DNA from: Oligoflexales bacterium
Lineage (GTDB): Bacteria > Bdellovibrionota_B > Oligoflexia > Oligoflexales > JAPPIL01
Assembly (NCBI GenBank): GCA_965215515.1
Contig: OZ244057.1
Coordinates: 1,088,001-1,152,000 of the forward strand
DNA: 64,000 nucleotides
Reading direction: 5' to 3'
A model generated the notes under the pieces. The model did not search any database, was not told the origin of the DNA, and worked only from the letters and a program-made list of their open reading frames with translations. Below, in pieces: positions 7,987 through 18,716 of this stretch (the stretch's first letter is position 1; each line of letters begins with the position of its first letter). Made by a program: the position numbers and the translations under genes.

Positions 7987-10900
7987 CTAGTCCTCTCTGT
8001 TTTCCGTCTCCTCTTCCTTTTCTTCTTCGTCAGCCGCAGCTCCCCCCATCTTCTCGCGCACAAACCGCTCAGCCCAGCGCACATGGTCTTTGCTGAGCAG
8101 TAACCAGACCAGTCCGTAGATAGCTAACCCTTTGCCCGCCCAGGGAGCGATGGCTCTGAGGGTGCTTACCTCGTAGGTCTTGCGGTGAAAATTGGAAGCC
8201 ATCAAAGTGGTCGCAATGCCTAGCCCGAGCAACGTCACAGGTTTGATGAAACTGTTCAGCTTATTGGAAAACGGTGGATTGAGCATGGCAAAATGCAGAA
8301 GATGCTCCGCCTCCTCTGCGCTGACGGTGTAATGCTCGCCGCGGGCAACAAGTTCAGCTAAACGACGATAGCTCGCTCTCTGTGCCACGCGATCGTCGTT
8401 GTTCGCCATCTGTGCGACAATTCCCAGATAGGGAATCAGTGCTGCCGCGGGGAGACGATCCCCTTCATGTATGTGCAACTCCGCTTCGATCTTCGCTACG
8501 GTCTCGACGAGAGCTGCGGGTGTCTCCTCGACCACATCACGATAGATCGCGATCAAGGCATCATAGCCCGCTTGTAATCCCGCGGCATCGTTCTGCACGA
8601 GTGCCCTTTTCAACTGCACCTTGGCTTGCATGAGCATATCGTTGCGGCTTCCGTGTTTTGCTTCGCGCAGATGCTCGGCGGAATAGAGGGCTGTCCACGG
8701 CCACCCGAACGCCCACATTGCCCAAGTGAAGTAAAAAATCCACTGGTAGAAGGCAGCTTTGGTTTTGACCTTGACCAGCAAGCGGCGTGCGAGCATGTTG
8801 TAGGCAAAACCAGCCTGCATCATCACTACCACCACCCGCAATGTATCCATGTATCTGCGTCCGTAATCGACGTTTCTGAGGTCGATGGCGTTCGCCCCCA
8901 AATCAGCAACACTGCCGAAGAAGGACTCGTGGCTATCCTGGCCCGCGACCAATAGCTCTTCCAGCGGTCGATAGTTGCTTTCTTCGATTCTCTGCAACAT
9001 CTGAAAGACCAGGGAGGTTGATCCTTGTGCCGAAACACTATAAGCGTGGATCTGACTTGCCAGCACCTCCGTATGCTGTCGATGCCAGTAGGGTGGTCGT
9101 TTTCCAGACATAAACAACTGGCCGATGTCTTCAGCATTGCCGCCCGCTTTCGTCCTAGCTCCGATTGTCCCTTCGATAAACACAACGGTAAGAAAGTCAG
9201 TCCAGAATTGATGCCACACCATCGAAGAAACAAAATCATCGGGGTCGACTACCTGCAGGAAGGTTGTTTCGTCGACGGCCAGGTTAGCGACCCCTTTGCC
9301 CAGCTGAGCTACCGCGTTTTTCGCTCCCAACTGTACCCGACGCGCAATATTTTCGTGATACGCGAGGGTGAAGACCTGTGGGGTGGTTTTTTGTAAATAA
9401 TGGTAAACTCGTGTGCGACTAACAGTGCGCAAGTCGGAGAAGATACCGCGGCGATACAGTTGGTAGACTTCCTCCTCCAAACCGACTGCCAGTTTCTTCC
9501 ATTTGTCCTTAAACTGCGAGCTGTCTATGATGGCGGTGAGCTCCTGCATGTCGAGCCGCGGCGTGTTGTGCAGGTGCTGGCCAACGATGTGCGCAGCCAT
9601 TTCCCAGCCAAGTCCTTGTGCCCTGACACGCTGCTGTTGCATGGCCGCGATCGCTTTGCGACGGACGGCCTCACTGTCCGCCTCGCTGTCGAAAGGGTCG
9701 CGAAAACCGACGGTAATGTTCTCAGCCGCGGACAGACCAACACTCTTGCCGACCGCGGAATCACCGTTCACGGTAGCAAACGGCGACACCTGTGCCGCTA
9801 ACGCGGGGATCAAGGTTGTCTGCCCTGTCCAGTTGGCAAGGTGGTGCCACAGAGGGAGTGCGACGAAAGCGTAGGCTCTGATTCCCATCAGGGTGAGTTG
9901 CTTTTTGAAGTCCCAGTCCTGTCCCGTTGCGCGGGTCGCAAGGTGCGAGATCATTCCTACCACAGGGATAAGTGCCACGCCCGCGGCCATGGCAATGACG
10001 GCACGTTTGCGTGCCCCTACCCTGATTCTGTCGTAGAGCTTCCTGGCCGTACCGTTTAGGTCGTCACGGACGGGCAAATCCTTTTCACGCAGAAACAAGG
10101 GAGTTTTTTCTTTCAACAATTGTGGCAGCGTCATACCAGTCTTTAGCATCCAAGCCGCACCGCCCGCAGCCACGAGAGTGGATAGACCCAGCAGGTTAGC
10201 CGCCAACCTCTGTAAATCACCGCTCTGTAAGTACTCATACCTAAATTTTTCTACCTTCGATCGCCAAGGAGATACAACCTGCCCGTTCAGGTCTACTTCG
10301 GCCACCAACTGTGGTTCGTGCCACAAACGTTCGTAGTCGTTTTCTCGCAGAATTTTTTCCAGTTCCGCAATCTGGCTGGACGCGGCCGCGGTATCGAGCG
10401 TCTTCAAAGCCGCAATTTTGTTGATGACCAGCTGGCGCATATCCTTCGTATAAAGTTTGCTGAGCATAATCCAGACATCGCTCAAGTCACCTTTGCGCAG
10501 TCCTTCTTTGAGTTGCTCAAGTTTATTCTGTGCCGTAACATCTTTGAAAATAATTTTATATTTGGCATTGACGCTCTTTTCTAAACCCTTGATGGTGTTC
10601 TCCGCCTGCATTTTGAGCAACAGATAGTCACGTTGCCAGCTGGCGTAGGTAAACTCATCACGATAGTTATTCGTGCGAATATCGTTGAGAATCATGCGCT
10701 GCATGCGTTCGGCGTTCATGCTTTGTATCACCCGCGCGGTCTCCGCCGACACGCTCTGGCGGTAGGCAGCTAATTTTTCCGCATCGAGTTGCTGTCCTTG
10801 CTTTTGTTCAGCCGCTACCGCGCCACCTAGAGGTGGCGGTTTATCGCTGCGCAGAGCATAGGCAAGACTACCCAGCAAGTGATTGCCGTTATTAATTTCG

Positions 10901-11694
10901 GTGACAACAAAATCACGGGTCAACATATCTATTAATACGCGCCGTGTGTCCTTCTTCTGCCACAGCACAATATCTCCCGCGGTAAACCGACGCGGGTCTG
11001 CAACAGGATGCAATCCGCCCTCCTCATCCGCAACGTGAGTGAAAGGGCGGAAACCGCGGGTAACGAAGTTCAACTGCAAACCAGCCAGGTGTGCGGGAAT
11101 GACAGAAGCTGACAGGCGATGTACAGGCACGGGGGCTTTGAATAACTCGCGACGTGCGAACGATAAATCAACCGCATAGATGTTGCTCTCGACATCTATC
11201 ACCACCAACAACTCAGCATCGTAGGCGATGACGGCGGGCTTAATACTCTCTATGACATGTGTCCCACGCTTGTAGCGGAAAGCGAGTGCACCATCTGTTG
11301 TAGTAAAAATTTCCACTTTGTTGGGCTGCGGAATAATTCTAGGTAACCCGCCGCTGATACCCGCTAAATGATAGCGATCAACTCGGTCACCACCCTTAGC
11401 CGTCACCAACAGATACTGTTGAGTGAGGTGAAAAGGATCGGGAATATCCTGCGGACGGTCGTGCTCATCCGCCTGCTCCAACTCGCTGGCTAACTCCTCC
11501 AACTCCGCGAAAGACTGCTGTAGTCGCGGGTCGTCGGCCACCACCGCCCGCATGTCTGGCAGTATCGGGGTCAACGCCTGCTGACGAGGAAACTCCCGCG
11601 CTGCCGTCGCACCGAAAAGATGAAGAGGAAACGCCAGCTGCACCGCAACTGACACAACCAAAATATTACGGGGGAAAAACTTGGAGGCCAACAT
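7987..11694 (-). CDS. Large hypothetical exported/polytopic membrane protein (1235 aa)
   Basis: Long ORF, signal-like N-terminus, several hydrophobic segments in the C-terminal half, acidic tail. Confidence 0.8.
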   Translation of the reverse strand: MLASKFFPRNILVVSVAVQLAFPLHLFGATAAREFPRQQALTPILPDMRAVVADDPRLQQSFAELEELASELEQADEHDRPQDIPDPFHLTQQYLLVTAKGGDRVDRYHLAGISGGLPRIIPQPNKVEIFTTTDGALAFRYKRGTHVIESIKPAVIAYDAELLVVIDVESNIYAVDLSFARRELFKAPVPVHRLSASVIPAHLAGLQLNFVTRGFRPFTHVADEEGGLHPVADPRRFTAGDIVLWQKKDTRRVLIDMLTRDFVVTEINNGNHLLGSLAYALRSDKPPPLGGAVAAEQKQGQQLDAEKLAAYRQSVSAETARVIQSMNAERMQRMILNDIRTNNYRDEFTYASWQRDYLLLKMQAENTIKGLEKSVNAKYKIIFKDVTAQNKLEQLKEGLRKGDLSDVWIMLSKLYTKDMRQLVINKIAALKTLDTAAASSQIAELEKILRENDYERLWHEPQLVAEVDLNGQVVSPWRSKVEKFRYEYLQSGDLQRLAANLLGLSTLVAAGGAAWMLKTGMTLPQLLKEKTPLFLREKDLPVRDDLNGTARKLYDRIRVGARKRAVIAMAAGVALIPVVGMISHLATRATGQDWDFKKQLTLMGIRAYAFVALPLWHHLANWTGQTTLIPALAAQVSPFATVNGDSAVGKSVGLSAAENITVGFRDPFDSEADSEAVRRKAIAAMQQQRVRAQGLGWEMAAHIVGQHLHNTPRLDMQELTAIIDSSQFKDKWKKLAVGLEEEVYQLYRRGIFSDLRTVSRTRVYHYLQKTTPQVFTLAYHENIARRVQLGAKNAVAQLGKGVANLAVDETTFLQVVDPDDFVSSMVWHQFWTDFLTVVFIEGTIGARTKAGGNAEDIGQLFMSGKRPPYWHRQHTEVLASQIHAYSVSAQGSTSLVFQMLQRIEESNYRPLEELLVAGQDSHESFFGSVADLGANAIDLRNVDYGRRYMDTLRVVVVMMQAGFAYNMLARRLLVKVKTKAAFYQWIFYFTWAMWAFGWPWTALYSAEHLREAKHGSRNDMLMQAKVQLKRALVQNDAAGLQAGYDALIAIYRDVVEETPAALVETVAKIEAELHIHEGDRLPAAALIPYLGIVAQMANNDDRVAQRASYRRLAELVARGEHYTVSAEEAEHLLHFAMLNPPFSNKLNSFIKPVTLLGLGIATTLMASNFHRKTYEVSTLRAIAPWAGKGLAIYGLVWLLLSKDHVRWAERFVREKMGGAAADEEEKEEETENRED

Positions 11695-11924
11695 TCTAAA
11701 AACTCCATTAAACTCAAAAGTGCCTTATAACATTAAAACTTACATGGAGTAAACAATTTTATAACATTTTGTGCGCCTACAGCTGTAACGCACCATCACT
11801 ACACTATTTTTATGGGGTGCGGACGGTGTTGCATAACGACGTAGAACAACAAAAAAACACAACGCATGTGGTCTCGGCGTACTGTGTTCGTGTATACTAA
11901 TCGGTAGATAAGGAGGGGGATGCG

Positions 11925-12449
11925 ATGTTACGATGGTTGGTGTGGTCGTGGTTAGCGTTGTTCGTGTGGTCGGGGTGTGACTCTTCTCCGCGTGAGCGCG
12001 AGCAGACGGAACGCCCTGCGCTCAGTACGTTCGAGGCGCAACTGCGGCCTGACAGTAGTCACGGCGATGAACACGATGATGAGGAAGACTCGGAAGGGTG
12101 CGAAGAAAATGACGATAGCGGTGACGTGCCACCGTGCGATGCCGAGACGGCACTGGTGGCTTTCAGAGCGAACATCCAGCCGTCAATCGACAAGTCCTGC
12201 CACAAGTGCCACGCGTTCGCCGCGGGCGGGTTGACGATGCACAAGGAGGAAGATGATACCGTCGCGGGGCAAAACCGCGCCAACTTGAAGGCGAGTGCCG
12301 AGAGTGCGAGTGCCGCGCAGCTGTTTCTCAAGATCAGCGATCAGAGCAGTGCGGGACATGGTGGCGGTGATCAGTCCGATCCTGAAAAGGGCAACCTGAC
12401 GTTAGCGAAGATTGAAGCTTGGCTCGCGGCTGAGGTCGGCTGCGATTGA
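11925..12449 (+). CDS. Monoheme c-type cytochrome lipoprotein
   Basis: Strong AAGGAGG RBS, WSGC lipobox, CHKCH heme motif in FRANIQPSIDKSCHKCH, downstream HGGG. Confidence 0.8.
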   Translation: MLRWLVWSWLALFVWSGCDSSPREREQTERPALSTFEAQLRPDSSHGDEHDDEEDSEGCEENDDSGDVPPCDAETALVAFRANIQPSIDKSCHKCHAFAAGGLTMHKEEDDTVAGQNRANLKASAESASAAQLFLKISDQSSAGHGGGDQSDPEKGNLTLAKIEAWLAAEVGCD

Positions 12450-12459
12450 TGAGGGTGCG

Positions 12460-13875
12460 GTGAGCAAAGTGCGGGTGCGAGTTGCGCCTTCTCCGACGGG
12501 TGACCCGCATGTCGGGTACGCTTTCACCGCACTGTTTAATTTTCTCTACGCGCGCAGCAGGGGCGGTGAGTTTATCTTTCGCCTTGAAGACACCGACCGT
12601 GCACGGTTGCGGCGGGGAAGTGCCACACACCTGCTGGAAAGCCTGCGTTGGTTGGGACTTGATTACGACGAAGGCCCTGACAAGGGGGGGGCACACGCTC
12701 CCTATCGCCAGTCGGAACGCTTGCCACTTTATCGCCGCAGTATTGAGACGTTGCTGCAGCGCGGGCGTGCCTACCGTTGTTTTTGTCCCCCTACACGTCT
12801 CGAGAATTTGCGTACTCGACAACGTCAGCAGCAACAAACCCCGCGTTACGACCGCCATTGCCGTGACCTAGCCCCTGAGCTTGGAGCTCACCAAATACGG
12901 AAGGGCATCCCGTCGGTGGTCAGACTGAAGATGCCTCTCGCGGGTGAAACGGTGTTTCACGATGAGTTGCGCGGGGCGATAAGTATCGCCAACGACCAAC
13001 TCGACGATGCCGTATTGCTAAAATCCGACGGTTACCCTGTCTATCATCTTGCCAGCGTCGTCGATGACCACGCCATGCAGATCAGCCACGTCATTCGTGC
13101 CGAAGAATGGCTATCTTCTACGCCGAAACACATCGTGCTCTACGAAGCACTAGGCTTCACGCCGCCGCGTTTCTTACATTTGCCTATTTTGCGTAACCGC
13201 GATCACTCTAAAATTTCTAAACGCAAAAACCCCGTCTCCCTGCGTTTGTTCGCCCAACTCGGTATCTTACCCGCAGCACTTGCCAACTACCTTGCTCTCA
13301 TCGGCGGCAGTATTGCCCACACAAGTGAAGTGTTCACACGCGCGACGATGATCGAAGCTTTCAACCCACAACGTCTTAACCTCGGTGGCCCCGTGTTCGA
13401 TATGCAAAAACTGCTGTGGTTCAACCAGCAGTATATGCAAAACCTCAGTGCCGACGAATTCGTGCAACACGTGCGAGAGGAGATGCTCAGCGAAGCTAAA
13501 CTACGCCGTATCTACCCGCTGCTACGCACCCGATTAGAGAATTTTGCCCAATTTTTTGCCAAAGCCGCGTTTTTTTTCGATGGGGAGCAGAACTACCGAC
13601 AGCAGTTGGATACTCTGCGCCCGCGTGCAGACCTACCCCAGGTGCTGACTGCCCTGTGTGAGCGACTGGAAAACCTTACCGCCTGGACACAGAGCGGCAT
13701 CAAGACACAGCTACAGGCAGTGCAGCAAGAAAGTGGTTGCAAGACTAAGGAGCTGTACCTACCGCTGCGCTTGTTGGTAACGGGCAGCACGAGTTCGCCC
13801 GAACTCCTGCCCGTACTCGAACTGCTCGGTCGCGAACTGGTCACCTACCGTCTGAGGTGCTTCCTTAACCGCTAG
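12460..13875 (+). CDS. gltX: Glutamate--tRNA ligase
   Basis: RVAPSPTGDPHVG (HIGH motif), RLEDTD, YRQSER, KISKR (KMSKS motif). Confidence 0.96.
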   Translation: MSKVRVRVAPSPTGDPHVGYAFTALFNFLYARSRGGEFIFRLEDTDRARLRRGSATHLLESLRWLGLDYDEGPDKGGAHAPYRQSERLPLYRRSIETLLQRGRAYRCFCPPTRLENLRTRQRQQQQTPRYDRHCRDLAPELGAHQIRKGIPSVVRLKMPLAGETVFHDELRGAISIANDQLDDAVLLKSDGYPVYHLASVVDDHAMQISHVIRAEEWLSSTPKHIVLYEALGFTPPRFLHLPILRNRDHSKISKRKNPVSLRLFAQLGILPAALANYLALIGGSIAHTSEVFTRATMIEAFNPQRLNLGGPVFDMQKLLWFNQQYMQNLSADEFVQHVREEMLSEAKLRRIYPLLRTRLENFAQFFAKAAFFFDGEQNYRQQLDTLRPRADLPQVLTALCERLENLTAWTQSGIKTQLQAVQQESGCKTKELYLPLRLLVTGSTSSPELLPVLELLGRELVTYRLRCFLNR

Positions 13876-14007
13876 CTGCGCTTGCTCACACCACTTACAA
13901 TGTTCTCGCACCTGCGCACATTTTTTTGTGCGCGCGGCTTTTGTTTTTTGCTGGATGGTGGTAGAGTTACACCAGCGTTATCGGATTACCATGAAGGGGA
14001 AGAGCGG

Positions 14008-14982
14008 GTGAGGATAGTCACAGCCGCCGTGCTGCTGGTGGTGCTGCAGAGCAACTGCGAGGAAAAAGACGGCAAGAAACAACCGCTCGCCAAGGCTGCG
14101 ACAAGCGCACAGGACGTGTCCAGCTACACGCTGAAACTTGACGGTATCGGTGCGGACATCGCGGCGGGGACACCCATCGTCGCCCACGTGCAGATAAAAA
14201 AAGACGGCAACGTGCTGCGCGGGGGGAAAGTCGAAGTTACCTTGGGAATCACCTGTGGCAAGAAGAGACACCGCATGCAGCAGATGGTAGACAACGAAGG
14301 AAAGATAACCTTCGCCGCGCTTGTCCCCGATAACAGTTGGATAGGTGACTGCCTTGCCCTCGCGAGCGCACGGGCGGACGGCCAAGACCTGAGAGACAGC
14401 AAACCCTTCGTCGTCAGCAGTGCGAAGTTACCGCCACTCGTCGCTGGGTTGGAGTACGCAGTAAGCGCATTACGGGACGAAAATGGCGATGTCTACAACG
14501 GCTTTCTGTCGTTGCACAACTGCCAGGGGGGGCGACTGTTGGCCATCACCAACGATAGCAACGATCCGATCTTCGCAGGTAGTAGCGATGGAGTCGCGAT
14601 CAACAGTAAAAAAACCTGGCAATATGTCATCGTAGGTGCTCCACCCACAACCTGTCAACTCATGCTGGCTAGCTCCGCAGGCGGAACGAGACACGAAATC
14701 AGAGACATCACTTCACCGCCCGCCGCGGACAACGTGGCATACGGCAAGGTCACCGCCCTGCAGGAGAAAAAGACTAAACTGGTAATAGTCACCGCGCAGG
14801 TCAAGGATGGCAGTCTCTACGTTTACGATACGACAAAAGATATCTGGCAAAGCGTCACCGCGGTAAAATGGGGTGACAAGACATCCACCGACATCAGCTG
14901 GACAGCGCGCCGCAACGATAACCGTGCCCTGCTCAAAATCGCACAGGGGAGCAAGAACTGGTGGTATCTCGCCACGCAATAA
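14008..14982 (+). CDS. Hypothetical exported beta-rich protein (possible lipoprotein)
   Basis: GTG start, hydrophobic leader ending LQSNC, Ig-like alternating beta-strand pattern. Confidence 0.7.
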   Translation: MRIVTAAVLLVVLQSNCEEKDGKKQPLAKAATSAQDVSSYTLKLDGIGADIAAGTPIVAHVQIKKDGNVLRGGKVEVTLGITCGKKRHRMQQMVDNEGKITFAALVPDNSWIGDCLALASARADGQDLRDSKPFVVSSAKLPPLVAGLEYAVSALRDENGDVYNGFLSLHNCQGGRLLAITNDSNDPIFAGSSDGVAINSKKTWQYVIVGAPPTTCQLMLASSAGGTRHEIRDITSPPAADNVAYGKVTALQEKKTKLVIVTAQVKDGSLYVYDTTKDIWQSVTAVKWGDKTSTDISWTARRNDNRALLKIAQGSKNWWYLATQ

Positions 14983-15083
14983 CCGTACCCTCCCGCCAGC
15001 CATGACGATCGGGAATAAGTAACGGTTGCAGCGAAAACGAAAAGCAGGTAGATTGCGGGTACTGCTAACGTCGGTATCAGACA

Positions 15084-16616
15084 GTGCACACGCTCTCCCT
15101 GCTACATCTCGGTAGAACTGCTGAGGATTGCGTCCGTGTCGCCGCGGCTCTGCAAGATGGGGCAAGGGGCTATCGGGTGCAGACCACCAGCGGTAGTGAG
15201 ATAAATTGGCTACAGTGCTCCCTGCGCACCGCGATTCCCGACCTCGTTTTGCTGGACATCGCCGACGATGCGTCGCCTGCACAACTTCTCCTGAACATCA
15301 CGCGTAACTATCCGCAGGTGGTGTTGGTCGTGCGTGCCAGTCACGACGACCCGCAGCTGATCACCACCTGCTTACGAAGTGGCGCGGATGATTTTCTGTC
15401 GCGCAGTTGTGCCGCGGCAGAAATCGGGAAACGGCTAGTGCATGTCTGGCTCTGTCGCCGCGCCGCCACCGCACGCAGTTTTCCCTACGCAGTCGGTGCG
15501 ACGATGCAGACGGTTGCCGCCCAGCTGCTGAAGGTGCTGCACTCCGCCGTCGCCGCAGTGCATGTCCAGGGTGAGTCAGGCACGGGGAAGGAGGTCGTTG
15601 CCAGCATCGTGCGTGACATCATCGCCCCGCGCCCGTTGGTGACGATTAACTGCGCTGCTATCCCCCCCGCTTTGATCGGCAGCGAACTGTTCGGCCATCG
15701 TAAAGGCTCGTTTACAGGAGCGATACGAGACCACCGCGGTTACGTGGAACAGGCTAACGGTGGCTGGCTGTTCCTCGACGAAATCGCGAGCCTCGAACTC
15801 AGTACCCAAGCAGCGCTGCTGCGGGTGCTGGAAAATCACGAGGTCGTGCGCGTGGGTGAAACGAAACCGCGGCGAGTCGATATCGGTATTCTTTCCGCCA
15901 GCAACGTACCGATCACCAGCCTCGTGCATGCAGGTAAATTCCGCCTCGATCTCTGGCAACGTTTATGCGAGATGGAGATAGAACTGCCACCGCTGCGGGC
16001 GCGGCGCGGTGAAATTACCCCGTTGATAAACTACTTCCTGCACACCATGCGAGGCGGTCCTTGGCGCATCGCCCCCGAGGCACTACAGGTGTTGGCGGCT
16101 TACGGCTGGTGCGCAGGGAACGTGCGGCAACTCCGCAACTGCTTGCGGACGATGACCATCTCCCCGCAGGATGGCACACTTACTCCCGCATCTATCCCCG
16201 CACGCATTTGGGCACAACCACAGAGAACGACCATCACCGACCAGGAGCTGGCTATCGAGCTGCGCAACGCCTTTCGTGGTCGTTTCAACGTCACTTACGA
16301 GATGTTAAGCCACATGTTGTTGCTGGAGTGTGTCAAAGAAAACTTCCATTACCGCGGCCGCTGCGGAGTGAGGGAGTTTGCCGTAAACTTCAACATCCCT
16401 CCCAGCACAGCCTCACGTCGCTTGCGGCTGCTGGTGGAACAACACCTGATCAGTTACACAGAGCTGGCGGAACTGATCGCGATAGACACTCCGATCACGA
16501 AAAATGCTGTTACCCAATGTCACAACTACCGCAGTGAAAAAACAGCACCTGCCGATCCGCACGTAAGCGCGTATGGAGATGGCGGCATTGTTGTTGCTAA
16601 GCCACCCTGGGTATGA
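15084..16616 (+). CDS. sigma54-dependent (NtrC-like) response regulator: REC + AAA+ + HTH
   Basis: DLVLLD, GESGTGKE, ELFGHRKGSFTGA, LFLDEI, GNVRQL. Confidence 0.9.
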   Translation: MHTLSLLHLGRTAEDCVRVAAALQDGARGYRVQTTSGSEINWLQCSLRTAIPDLVLLDIADDASPAQLLLNITRNYPQVVLVVRASHDDPQLITTCLRSGADDFLSRSCAAAEIGKRLVHVWLCRRAATARSFPYAVGATMQTVAAQLLKVLHSAVAAVHVQGESGTGKEVVASIVRDIIAPRPLVTINCAAIPPALIGSELFGHRKGSFTGAIRDHRGYVEQANGGWLFLDEIASLELSTQAALLRVLENHEVVRVGETKPRRVDIGILSASNVPITSLVHAGKFRLDLWQRLCEMEIELPPLRARRGEITPLINYFLHTMRGGPWRIAPEALQVLAAYGWCAGNVRQLRNCLRTMTISPQDGTLTPASIPARIWAQPQRTTITDQELAIELRNAFRGRFNVTYEMLSHMLLLECVKENFHYRGRCGVREFAVNFNIPPSTASRRLRLLVEQHLISYTELAELIAIDTPITKNAVTQCHNYRSEKTAPADPHVSAYGDGGIVVAKPPWV

Positions 16617-16691
16617 TAACGGTGCCGCCATAGTCGGCAGTTGCAATACGGATCGGGTGCTGTGCATGAACACGCTGGCCGCGGCGAAAAC

Positions 16692-17663
16692 TTGAAGCAG
16701 TTTATTCTCAGGGTCAAGGATTTGCAGAAGCATTTTCCTATCAAGGGCGGTCTGTTCAACCGTCAGGTAGGGGTGATTCGCGCCGTCGATGGTGTATCTT
16801 TTGATCTCGAGAAGAGCAAAACGCTCGGTATCGTCGGTGAATCGGGCTGTGGCAAGTCGACGCTGGCACGGCTTATCAACCGCCTCAGCGAGCCGACAGG
16901 GGGTGAAGTCCATTTCCGTGACGATGATATCTTGACCTGGCGAGGAAGGGCGCTGCGGCGGTTTCGCCGCAAGATTCAGGTCGTCTTCCAAGATCCCTAT
17001 GCCTCGCTTAACCCGCGCTTTTCGATGTTCGACATTATCGAAGAACCGCTGCGGATCAACAAGATCGGCACCAAACGGACACGGCGCGAGCAGGTACGGG
17101 AGCTGATCGAGAAAAGTGGCTTGGCTTGGGATTATCGCCATCGCTATCCGCACGAATTTTCTGGCGGGCAGCGTCAGCGGATCGGCATTGCCCGTGCCTT
17201 GGCCTTGCGTCCAGAAATTCTCATCTGCGATGAACCCGTATCGGCTCTCGATGTTTCGGTGCAGGCGCAGATATTGAACCTGCTGATGGACTTGCAGGAT
17301 GAGTTCAAGTTGACCGTGCTGTTCATTTCACACGATCTGTCGGTGGTCAGTAAAGTCAGCGATCAGGTGATTGTGTTGTATTTTGGCAAAATTGTCGAAA
17401 TAGCACCCTGTTCTCGTATTTTTAAAAAACAACTGCACCCTTATGCCCGAGCACTGTTTGCCGCGATCCCCAAAGCCAGCCCCCACGAGCGGAAAGAACG
17501 CACTTTGTTGAGTGTCGAGCCGCCTTCACACCGTAATTTCCCTTCAGGTTGTCGTTTCCATCCGCGCTGTCCGCACGCGATGGACATCTGCAAAAAAACC
17601 GAGCCACCGCTGAAAAACAGCGGCGAGGATGATGCTCACCGTGTTGCTTGCCATTTATTTTGA
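16692..17663 (+). CDS. Oligopeptide/dipeptide ABC transporter ATPase (OppF/DppF-like)
   Basis: [26 protein letters not shown]-terminal GCRFHPRC...VACH. Start uncertain (16641 or 16692). Confidence 0.93.
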   Translation: MKQFILRVKDLQKHFPIKGGLFNRQVGVIRAVDGVSFDLEKSKTLGIVGESGCGKSTLARLINRLSEPTGGEVHFRDDDILTWRGRALRRFRRKIQVVFQDPYASLNPRFSMFDIIEEPLRINKIGTKRTRREQVRELIEKSGLAWDYRHRYPHEFSGGQRQRIGIARALALRPEILICDEPVSALDVSVQAQILNLLMDLQDEFKLTVLFISHDLSVVSKVSDQVIVLYFGKIVEIAPCSRIFKKQLHPYARALFAAIPKASPHERKERTLLSVEPPSHRNFPSGCRFHPRCPHAMDICKKTEPPLKNSGEDDAHRVACHLF

Positions 17664-17675
17664 GGAGATGGTGGC

Positions 17676-18704
17676 ATGAATGCCTACTTTATCCGTCGTC
17701 TATTGTTAATGATCCCTACTCTGTGGGGTATCACGCTGGTGACGTTTTTTATCGTGCAAATTCTGCCAGGCGGCCCCGTTGAGCAGGCGTTATCGGCCTT
17801 GCGTTTTGGAGGAGGTGGCGAGATGGCAGAGGGCGGTGCGTCCGCGTCGGCGGCGCGGATTGAAGAAGAGTATGTCGAGGCACTCAAGAAACACTATGGC
17901 TTCGATAAACCGCTACCTGTGCGCTATTACAATTGGCTGAAAGACCTGTTGGTGCTTGATTTTGGTGAGTCCTATTACTACGAAGAGCCTGTCATCGATG
18001 TCATCGCAGCGCGTTTTCCGGTCTCGATTATTTTCGGGATCGCTTCGCTGCTGATCACGTATTTGATTTGCGTACCGCTCGGTATTATCAAGGCACTGCG
18101 CCATCAGCAGTTTTTTGATTATGCATCGTCGGTGGTGATTTTCGCGGGCTACGCAATCCCTGGCTTTGCCTTGTTGATTCTGCTTATCGTGTTGTTCTGT
18201 GGTGGCAGTTACTACGACATATTTCCTATGCAGGGGTTGACTTCGGAGAATTTTTCCGAGTTGTCTTTCTTGGGCAAGGTTAAAGATCTGTTCATGCACA
18301 TGTTATTGCCGTTGACGGCTTACGTGGTGGGCATGTTTGCCTTCACTACAATGCTGATGAAGAATTCGTTGGTCGAGCAGATCACTGCCGATTATGTGCG
18401 CACCGCTTATGCAAAGGGGTTATCGGGACGGGTGGTGATCGTCAAGCATGCGTTGCGCAACGCTTTGATCCCTATCGCGACGGGTTTTAGCGAATTTGTG
18501 TCGTTTTTTTTCGCAGGCTCGATTTTGATCGAAAAAATCTCTGGTCTGGATGGTTTCGGTGCCCTCGGTTATGAGTCGTTGCTCAATCGTGATTACCCCG
18601 TCGCACTGGGCATTATCGTGATTACCAGCGTCACCATCATGGTGGGCAACATCCTCTCTGATTTTGCCTACACGGTCATCGATCCGCGCATTGATTTTAA
18701 ATAG
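17676..18704 (+). CDS. yejB: Peptide ABC transporter permease (YejB/OppB-like)
   Basis: PGGPVEQ, DYVRTAYAKGL EAA loop, IDPRIDF C-terminus. Confidence 0.85.
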   Translation: MNAYFIRRLLLMIPTLWGITLVTFFIVQILPGGPVEQALSALRFGGGGEMAEGGASASAARIEEEYVEALKKHYGFDKPLPVRYYNWLKDLLVLDFGESYYYEEPVIDVIAARFPVSIIFGIASLLITYLICVPLGIIKALRHQQFFDYASSVVIFAGYAIPGFALLILLIVLFCGGSYYDIFPMQGLTSENFSELSFLGKVKDLFMHMLLPLTAYVVGMFAFTTMLMKNSLVEQITADYVRTAYAKGLSGRVVIVKHALRNALIPIATGFSEFVSFFFAGSILIEKISGLDGFGALGYESLLNRDYPVALGIIVITSVTIMVGNILSDFAYTVIDPRIDFK

Positions 18705-18716
18705 AGGTGATAAACA

